A DNA stretch of 64,000 bases from Bacteroidales bacterium UBA4788 (GTDB lineage: Bacteria > Bacteroidota > Bacteroidia > Bacteroidales > VadinHA17). The notes beneath the pieces are model-generated. The model made no database searches. It was not told the origin of the DNA and saw only the letters and a program-made list of their open reading frames with translations. Positions 56,433 through 64,000 of the stretch are shown piece after piece. A program made the translations under genes and the position numbers. The stretch covers positions 471-64,470 of the forward strand of contig DHGW01000014.1 in assembly GCA_002402965.1 (NCBI GenBank). Direction: 5' to 3'. Position 1 is the first letter of the stretch; every line of letters begins with the position of its first letter.

Positions 56433-56452
56433 TACAAAGGTGGAAGTAAGTA

Positions 56453-57739
<1,287 letters not shown>

Positions 57740-57769
57740 TTATGTTTTATTGAATTAAATGCAATTTAA

Positions 57770-57806
57770 GAAAAAAAGGGATACGGCCATAAAGACGATA
57801 TCCCTT
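57770..57806 (-). terminator. rho-independent terminator after rplQ
   Basis: Minus strand reads AAGGGATA-(14 nt)-TATCCCTT followed by UUUUUUU. Confidence 0.65.
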
Positions 57807-57826
57807 CCTTATGTAAGCATGATCTG

Positions 57827-58345
57827 CTATTCTTTTGATTCTTCTGCTTCAGGAGCTATTTTTTCTGCCGGGGCTTCTTCCTTTGACTTTGTCTCCGTCA
57901 CTGCTGCTGCCGTTTCAGCTTTTTTCTTCGGGCTGCGGCGGCGGCGTGCTGTCTTGGCTTTTGCACCTTCAGCTGCCAGCATATTCTCATTGAAGTCGAC
58001 CAGTTCGATGATGCACATCTCAGCTGAGTCGCCCAACCGGGTTCCGGTTTTGAGTATGCGGGTATATCCTCCCGGGCGGGTTGCAATTTTTGGGGCCACT
58101 TCCCTGAAGAGTTCAGAGACGGCGTTTTTGTTTTCAAGATAACTGAACACCACTCTGCGTGAGTGAGTTGAATCCTCCTTTGACTTTGTGATGAGGGGCT
58201 CAACGTATGTCCTCAGCGCTCTTGCCTTGGCGGTTGTGGTGGTGATACTCTTGTGAAGAATGAGTGATGACGCCAGGTTGGCCATCATCGCCTTTCTGTC
58301 GGCGCTTTTTCTTCCAAGGTGGTTAAAAGAATTTAAATGTCGCAT
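57827..58345 (-). CDS. rplQ: 50S ribosomal protein L17 with charged C-terminal extension
   Basis: [20 protein letters not shown] start. Position after rpoA. Confidence 0.95.
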   Translation of the reverse strand: MRHLNSFNHLGRKSADRKAMMANLASSLILHKSITTTTAKARALRTYVEPLITKSKEDSTHSRRVVFSYLENKNAVSELFREVAPKIATRPGGYTRILKTGTRLGDSAEMCIIELVDFNENMLAAEGAKAKTARRRRSPKKKAETAAAVTETKSKEEAPAEKIAPEAEESKE

Positions 58346-58367
58346 TTCTCTCTGTCCTTACCTGTTA

Positions 58368-59360
58368 TTAATCTTTGTCGAGTTTGTATTTCGCCACATC
58401 CATCCCGAATGAGAGGTTCATAGTCTCAAGGAGCTCGTCGAGTTCTGTGAGCGACTTCTTGCCGAAGTTGCGGAACTTGAGGAGGTCATTCTTGTTGAAC
58501 TTGACGAGGTCACCGAGTGATTCCACCTCAGCTGCTTTGAGGCAGTTGAGTGCTCTCACGGACAGGTCGAGGTCAACGAGTTTGGTCTTGAGTAACTGGC
58601 GCATATGGAGGATTTCCTCGTCGAACTCCTCATTGGCCATCTTGTCTTCATAGTCGATGGTGATCTTGTCTTCAGAGAAGAGCATGAAGTGGTAGATGAG
58701 GATTTTTGCTGCCTCCTTGAGGGCGTCTTTGGGGTGAATGGAACCGTCGGTGCTGATCTCCAGGATCAGTTTTTCATAGTCAGTTTTCTGTTCAACCCTG
58801 TAATTTTCAATTGAATATTTTACGTTTCTTATCGGGGTGAAGATAGAATCGATGGCTATCAGTCCGAATTCTGCCTCTGCGGGCTGGTTTTCCTCGGCTG
58901 TCACGTATCCTCTGCCCTTGCTGATATTGATTTCAATCTGCAGCTTGACGTCGGGTTCCATACGGCAGATAACCAATTCCGGGTTAAGTACTTCGAAGCT
59001 GCTGAGCGCGTTGTTGAGGTCGCTGGCCTTGAATACTTCCTGCCCGGAGATTTTGACCACAATCTTCTCGTTATCAACATCTTCAACCATTCTTCTGAAG
59101 CGTATCTGCTTCAGGTTGAGGATGAATTCGGTAACGTCCTCCATCACGCCGGTGATGGTTGAGAACTCATGGTCAACGCCCTCTATCTTAATTGTAGTGA
59201 TGGCGAATCCTTCCAGTGAGGAGAGGAGAATCCTTCTGAGGGCATTACCCACGGTGATGCCATAACCGGGTTCAAGCGGGCGGAATTCGAATTTTCCGTA
59301 CTGGTCGTCCGCTTCCAGTAATATTACTTTATCAGGTTTCTGGAATGCTAATATGGCCAT
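58368..59360 (-). CDS. rpoA: DNA-directed RNA polymerase alpha subunit
   Basis: 330 aa, [10 protein letters not shown] motif, and alpha-[15 protein letters not shown]. Confidence 0.97.
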   Translation of the reverse strand: MAILAFQKPDKVILLEADDQYGKFEFRPLEPGYGITVGNALRRILLSSLEGFAITTIKIEGVDHEFSTITGVMEDVTEFILNLKQIRFRRMVEDVDNEKIVVKISGQEVFKASDLNNALSSFEVLNPELVICRMEPDVKLQIEINISKGRGYVTAEENQPAEAEFGLIAIDSIFTPIRNVKYSIENYRVEQKTDYEKLILEISTDGSIHPKDALKEAAKILIYHFMLFSEDKITIDYEDKMANEEFDEEILHMRQLLKTKLVDLDLSVRALNCLKAAEVESLGDLVKFNKNDLLKFRNFGKKSLTELDELLETMNLSFGMDVAKYKLDKD

Positions 59361-59378
59361 ATGAATATTATTACTTTA

Positions 59379-59987
59379 TTACTTCGAATATAGTTCAACG
59401 ATAAGCTGTTCCCTGACATCTTCCGGGATTTCGGAACGTTCGGGGACACTCATGTATTTTCCGGCCATCTGTGTCTCATCCCACTCGAGCCATGCCAGTT
59501 TTGAGCGGCGGTTTGCGCCGAGGCAATCGATAATTGTTTCGAGTGATTTGGACTTTTCGCGTACGCCGATTATATCTCCAGGGCGAAGCTGGAATGATGG
59601 GATATTGACGACGTTGCCGTTTACAGTTATGTGACGGTGTGACACCAGCTGGCGTGCTGCTGCCCTTGTGGGGGCGACGCCGAGGCGGTAGACCACGTTG
59701 TCAAGGCGTGACTCCAGAAGCTGGAGGAGTACCAGGCCGGTTACTCCGGAGGCAGATACTGCCTTCTCGAAGGTATTACGGAACTGGCGCTCAAGAAGGC
59801 CGTAAGTATATTTTACCTTCTGCTTTTCGCGGAGCTGTACACCGTATTCCGATGTCTTTTTTCTCTTTTTGGTCAGACCATGCTGGCCGGGAGGGAAATT
59901 CTTCCTGTCGAGGTATTTGTCAGGGCCGAAAATGGGCTCTCCGAATTTCCTGGCTATTCTTGATCTGGGTCCTGTATATCTTGCCAT
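59379..59987 (-). CDS. rpsD: 30S ribosomal protein S4
   Basis: [16 protein letters not shown] start. Confidence 0.97.
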   Translation of the reverse strand: MARYTGPRSRIARKFGEPIFGPDKYLDRKNFPPGQHGLTKKRKKTSEYGVQLREKQKVKYTYGLLERQFRNTFEKAVSASGVTGLVLLQLLESRLDNVVYRLGVAPTRAAARQLVSHRHITVNGNVVNIPSFQLRPGDIIGVREKSKSLETIIDCLGANRRSKLAWLEWDETQMAGKYMSVPERSEIPEDVREQLIVELYSK

Positions 59988-60030
59988 TGAATGAAATGTT
60001 TATCGTTTTGTATTTGTTAATGCGAGCCTT

Positions 60031-60420
60031 TTAAACCCTCCTGCGTGACGGCGGACGGCACCCGTTATGAGGCATCGGTGTAACGTCAATGATCTCAGTC
60101 ACTTCCACACCGCTGTTTGAAATGGCACGGATAGCTGATTCACGACCTGATCCAGGTCCCTTGACATATACCTTTACCTTGCGCAGGCCAAGTTCATAGG
60201 CCACTTTGGTGCACTCTTCCGAAGCCATCTGAGCGGCATATGGGGTGTTCTTCTTCGAACCCTTGAAACCCATCTTGCCTGCCGAGGCCCAGGATATCAC
60301 CTGGCCGGTGCTGTTTGTAAGGCTTATGATGATATTGTTAAATGACGAATGAACGTGAGCCTGTCCCACGGGTTCAACCTTTACGACCTTCTTCTTTAAT
60401 GTCCCAGTCTTCTTTGCCAT
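60031..60420 (-). CDS. rpsK: 30S ribosomal protein S11
   Basis: [15 protein letters not shown]...[13 protein letters not shown]. Confidence 0.97.
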   Translation of the reverse strand: MAKKTGTLKKKVVKVEPVGQAHVHSSFNNIIISLTNSTGQVISWASAGKMGFKGSKKNTPYAAQMASEECTKVAYELGLRKVKVYVKGPGSGRESAIRAISNSGVEVTEIIDVTPMPHNGCRPPSRRRV

Positions 60421-60427
60421 AGATTAT

Positions 60428-60805
60428 TTATTTAGTAGCTTTTTTCTTGTTTGCCACGGTCTTCTTGCGTCCTTTGCGGGTACGGGCATTGTTCTTCGTG
60501 CTCTGGCCCCTTACCGGAAGTCCGATACGGTGACGGATACCACGATAGCAACCGATATCCATCAGTCGCTTGATATTAAGCTGCGTTTCGGAACGAAGTT
60601 CACCCTCAAGCTTATAATTCTCGGAGAGTATCTGACGGATAGCGTTGATGTTATCGTCATTCCACTCTTCGACCTTCATCTGGCGGTCTACGCCAGCCTT
60701 GTCAAGCACTTTCTGTGCAGTGCTTCGCCCAACACCATAGATATAAGTGAGAGCCACTTCGCCCTGCTTATTCCTCGGTAGGTCTACCCCATTAATACGT
60801 GCCAT
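60428..60805 (-). CDS. rpsM: 30S ribosomal protein S13
   Basis: [13 protein letters not shown] start. Confidence 0.97.
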   Translation of the reverse strand: MARINGVDLPRNKQGEVALTYIYGVGRSTAQKVLDKAGVDRQMKVEEWNDDNINAIRQILSENYKLEGELRSETQLNIKRLMDIGCYRGIRHRIGLPVRGQSTKNNARTRKGRKKTVANKKKATK

Positions 60806-60842
60806 ATACCTCTTTTAATTTGAAGTGCAAAGTTAATGAAAT

Positions 60843-60959
60843 TTATCCCTGCCTCTGCTTGAACTTGGGATTTTTCTTATTTATCACATACAGACGCCCG
60901 TTACGCCTGACTATCTTACAGTCGGCGGAGCGTTTTTTTATTGATGCTCTTACTTTCAT
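60843..60959 (-). CDS. rpmJ: 50S ribosomal protein L36
   Basis: Hand translation gives [38 protein letters not shown]. Below the ORF-track cut-off. Confidence 0.93.
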   Translation of the reverse strand: MKVRASIKKRSADCKIVRRNGRLYVINKKNPKFKQRQG

Positions 60960-60974
60960 CGCAGTATTTTATTT

Positions 60975-61193
60975 CTATTTAAACCTGAACGTTATTCTTC
61001 CTTTGGTAAGGTCATAGGGCGACATTTCAACCTTCACCTTGTCGCCTGGCAGGATTTTGATGTAATGCATCCTCATCTTGCCGGAGATGTGGGCGGTGAT
61101 GATATGTCCGTTTTCGAGCCTGACCCTGAACATCGCATTCGAAAGTGCCTCGATGATCGTTCCGTCAATCTCTATTGATGGTTGTTTGGCCAT
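60975..61193 (-). CDS. infA: translation initiation factor IF-1
   Basis: 72 aa, [33 protein letters not shown]. Confidence 0.97.
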   Translation of the reverse strand: MAKQPSIEIDGTIIEALSNAMFRVRLENGHIITAHISGKMRMHYIKILPGDKVKVEMSPYDLTKGRITFRFK

Positions 61194-61197
61194 ATAC

Positions 61198-61977
61198 TTA
61201 CCTCTTTGTTAATACTTCTTCTATAAATTCAAATGTTGTGAGCACGTCGGTATGACCCTCCCTGACCGCAACAGCGTATTCAAAATGTGCCGACGGTTTG
61301 CCGTCACCTGTTCTGACTGTCCACCCGTCACTCTGGAGGCGTGTGTTTTTGGTTCCCATATTGATCATCGGTTCTATGCAGATGACCAGGTTTCTATCAA
61401 GTCTCGTGCCAGAGCCGCGTCGCCCGAAATTGGGTACCTCGGGTCCCTCATGAAGGTGTTTCCCGAGACCGTGTCCGACCAGGGTGCGCACCACGGAGTA
61501 ACCTCCGCTCTCAGCCTTCGACTGCACGGCGTGGGAGATATCGCCTATGCGGTTACCCGCTACGGCTTCCCTGACCCCGGCCTCAAGTGATGCCCTTGTG
61601 TATTCCATAAGGCGTCTGACCTCTGGTTTCACTTCGCCGACGGCGAAGGTATAGGCGCTGTCGCCGTACCAGCCGTTCAGTATCACACCGCAGTCAACCG
61701 ATATTATATCTCCCTCCCTGAGTGTATAGTCTGACGGTATTCCGTGGACCACTTCGTCATTGACAGATGTGCAGAGTGTGTTGGGAAAGCCGCCATAGCC
61801 CTTAAAGGCCGGCAGAGCGCCGTGGTCACGAATGAACTCCTCGGCAATCGCATCAAGCCTTAGGGTTGTCACTCCCGGTTTGATATGCCCGGCTACTTCC
61901 GCAAGAGTCTTTGAGACCAGCTGATTGCTCTCTCTCAGTAACTCTACTTCCCCATCCGTCTTAATATAGATCATCAA
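61198..61977 (-). CDS. map: type I methionine aminopeptidase
   Basis: VVHGIP, DCGV and GHGLG metal-ligand motifs. Confidence 0.95.
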   Translation of the reverse strand: MMIYIKTDGEVELLRESNQLVSKTLAEVAGHIKPGVTTLRLDAIAEEFIRDHGALPAFKGYGGFPNTLCTSVNDEVVHGIPSDYTLREGDIISVDCGVILNGWYGDSAYTFAVGEVKPEVRRLMEYTRASLEAGVREAVAGNRIGDISHAVQSKAESGGYSVVRTLVGHGLGKHLHEGPEVPNFGRRGSGTRLDRNLVICIEPMINMGTKNTRLQSDGWTVRTGDGKPSAHFEYAVAVREGHTDVLTTFEFIEEVLTKR

Positions 61978-61991
61978 AGAACGTCAATCCG

Positions 61992-63320
61992 TTAAATAGC
62001 CGTCACGGCTCCGGTCCTTCCCTTTACGCGGCCTGATTTCATAAGGCCGTCGTAATGGCGCATAAGCAGATGGCTTTCTATCTGCTGGAGAGTGTCAAGC
62101 ACAACGCCCACAAGGATGAGAAGCGAGGTGCCTCCGAAGAACTGTGCAAACTCACCGCTGACGCCGAAGTTGACGGCAAAGGCGGGTAGTATGGCTATCA
62201 GTGCAAGGAATATCGAACCCGGAAGGGTGATCCTTGACATGATTGTATCAAGGAATTCAACCGTCTTGCGTCCCGGTTTGATGCCGGGGATGAAGCCGCC
62301 GTTCTTCTTCATGTCTTCAGCCATCTGTACCGGGTTGATTGTGACCGCGGTATAGAAGTAGGTAAAGAGGATGATGAGGATGGCGGTTACCAGGTTGTAC
62401 CAGAATCCGTACATGTTGGTGAATGCCACCACGAATCCGGAGCCTGATTCCCTGAATCCGGCGATGATTACAGGCAGCATCATGATTGCCTGTGCAAAGA
62501 TGATAGGCATAACGCCTGCTGCGTTGACCTTGAGGGGTATATATTGTCTTACACCGCCGTACTGTTTGTTGCCAACGATGCGTCTTGCATACTGGACCGG
62601 TATGCGGCGGGTGCCCTGAACGAGCAGGACTGATCCGACGATCACAGCGAAGAGGAAGACTATCTCTATAAGCAGTGCGACGAGGCCGCCCGAGCCGTTG
62701 ATGCGTGTTCCCGCTTCAAATATGAATGAGACCGGGAAGCGCGCAAGAATACCAACCATTATTATGAGTGATATACCGTTGCCAATGCCCTTGTCTGTTA
62801 TCTTCTCACCGAGCCACATTACGAATATCGTTCCTGCGGTAAGTATGATCACCGAGGAGATCTTGAAGAATGCACTGGGCATCACGAATGCCTCGGGAGG
62901 AAGTATTGCGTTAAGGTTTGCCAGGTATGTGGGAGCCTGCAGGATGAGAATACCCACAGTCAGATACCTTGTATACTGGTTCATCTTGCGCCTGCCGCTC
63001 TCACCCTCCTTCTGAAGTTTCTGGAAGTAGGGGAATACTATGCCGAGAAGCTGGACAACGATTGATGCCGAGATATAGGGCATGATCCCAAGGGCGAAGA
63101 TTGATGCCTGTGAAAAGGCTCCGCCGGAGAACATGTCGAGAAGGCCCATGATACCTGATGAGGTCTGGTTTTGCAGGTTCGCAAGCATTGAGGGATCAAT
63201 GCCGGGGAGAGTAACATATTTACCCAGACGGTACAGTGCAACGATGCCAAGAGTGAAAAGGATCCTGGCTCTCAGATCCTCTATCTTGAAAATGTTCTTT
63301 ATTGTCTGAAAGAATTTCAT
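61992..63320 (-). CDS. secY: preprotein translocase subunit SecY
   Basis: 442 aa, 10 TM helices, position between rplO and map. Confidence 0.97.
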   Translation of the reverse strand: MKFFQTIKNIFKIEDLRARILFTLGIVALYRLGKYVTLPGIDPSMLANLQNQTSSGIMGLLDMFSGGAFSQASIFALGIMPYISASIVVQLLGIVFPYFQKLQKEGESGRRKMNQYTRYLTVGILILQAPTYLANLNAILPPEAFVMPSAFFKISSVIILTAGTIFVMWLGEKITDKGIGNGISLIIMVGILARFPVSFIFEAGTRINGSGGLVALLIEIVFLFAVIVGSVLLVQGTRRIPVQYARRIVGNKQYGGVRQYIPLKVNAAGVMPIIFAQAIMMLPVIIAGFRESGSGFVVAFTNMYGFWYNLVTAILIILFTYFYTAVTINPVQMAEDMKKNGGFIPGIKPGRKTVEFLDTIMSRITLPGSIFLALIAILPAFAVNFGVSGEFAQFFGGTSLLILVGVVLDTLQQIESHLLMRHYDGLMKSGRVKGRTGAVTAI

Positions 63321-63323
63321 GCC

Positions 63324-63770
63324 TTACAGTTTAACTGCTGTTCCCTGATTAGCTTCGATTGCTGCCTGTGCCGACTTGCTGAAAGCGTGGGCATGAACCT
63401 CAAGCTTCCTTGTAAGCGTACCTTTGCCGAGGATCTTTACCAGGGCGTTCTTGTTCACGAGACCTGCGGTGAGCAGTGTCTGGAAGTCGATCAGTTCGGT
63501 TTCCAGCCTTGTTGCAAGGGCCTCGAGTGTACTAAGGTTAATGCCCTTGTAATCAACGCGGTTGATATTTTTGAATCCCGATTTCGGCACTCTTCTCTGG
63601 AGGGGCATCTGGCCGCCTTCAAAGCCTATCTTCCTGCTGTAACCGGAGCGTGACTTGGCGCCCTTATGGCCGCGGGTTGAGGTGCCGCCGTGGCCTGATC
63701 CCTCACCTCGTCCGATGCGCTTTTCTCTTTTGACCGAACCGGGGGCCGGTTTTATATTGCTTAAGTCCAT
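63324..63770 (-). CDS. rplO: 50S ribosomal protein L15
   Basis: [20 protein letters not shown] motif. Confidence 0.97.
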   Translation of the reverse strand: MDLSNIKPAPGSVKREKRIGRGEGSGHGGTSTRGHKGAKSRSGYSRKIGFEGGQMPLQRRVPKSGFKNINRVDYKGINLSTLEALATRLETELIDFQTLLTAGLVNKNALVKILGKGTLTRKLEVHAHAFSKSAQAAIEANQGTAVKL

Positions 63771-63797
63771 AGTAAAATATATAATGCAGTTAATACC

Positions 63798-63977
63798 TTA
63801 GAGTTTCTCTACCTTGACCAGGTGTTTCAGCTTGTTGACCATACCCATGATCTGGGGGGTATCATCGTGCTCAACAGTCTGGTGCATCTTTCTTATACCC
63901 AGTGACGCGAGGATTCTTTTCTGTGATTCGGGCTGGCCGATCTTGCTCTTGATCTGGGTTACTCTGATTTTTGCCAT
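63798..63977 (-). CDS. rpmD: 50S ribosomal protein L30
   Basis: Hand translation gives MAKIRVTQIKSKIGQPESQKRILASLGIRKMHQTVEHDDTPQIMGMVNKLKHLVKVEKL*. One codon below the ORF-track cut-off. Confidence 0.92.
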   Translation of the reverse strand: MAKIRVTQIKSKIGQPESQKRILASLGIRKMHQTVEHDDTPQIMGMVNKLKHLVKVEKL

Positions 63978-64000
63978 GATGATTGAATATTACTAACCGT

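Noticed and set aside
63993-64000. Probable last codons of rpsE (S5) at the right edge
   Set aside because: Gene order makes it likely. However, only ~2 codons plus a stop lie in the window, which is too little to support a feature.

Overview
The window looks like a core chromosomal segment of a Bacteroidota genome of about 50-55% GC. Three things support that assignment: gldD/gldE gliding genes, an M14 peptidase with a T9SS-type C-terminal sorting domain, and TAnnTTTG -7 promoter boxes in front of many genes that have no obvious Shine-Dalgarno sequence. Gene content is mostly housekeeping. It includes the 3' half of the main ribosomal-protein cluster (rpmD-rplO-secY-map-infA-rpmJ-rpsM-rpsK-rpsD-rpoA-rplQ), eno, hisS, ychF, prs-ctc-pth, korAB, the murI-skp-skp-bamA-uppS-nadK envelope block, pdxJ, fabD, folE, sod, and ssb-gldE-gldD. 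It also carries futalosine-route menaquinone genes (mqnB, mqnD, a UbiD-type decarboxylase) and a GGGP-synthase-family gene. I saw no CRISPR array, transposase, integrase, tRNA/rRNA, or recognisable defence or toxin island, so I cannot point to a clear novel multi-gene system. The features worth a second look are mostly non-coding or atypical. (1) Mirrored arrays of GGCAAT/GGCAGT heptamers with a 14-nt perfect inverted repeat supply the stop codons of two convergent genes. (2) An orphan -7 box plus strong intrinsic terminator has no ORF (sRNA or attenuator candidate). (3) An unlisted 30-codon hyper-basic ORF and a perfect 17-bp hairpin sit between HU and RNase G. (4) A 1148-aa protein combines sensor, receiver and PEP/pyruvate-binding domains but lacks a phospho-histidine domain. 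(5) A hybrid kinase has a degenerate ATP-binding domain, next to a PP2C phosphatase and an uncharacterised three-gene envelope operon. (6) Two ECF sigma modules are present, one with two beta-helix proteins. Four CDSs that the ORF track misses were recovered by hand translation (left-edge gene, rpmJ, rpmD, small basic ORF). All family assignments come from motif recognition by eye, not database searches.
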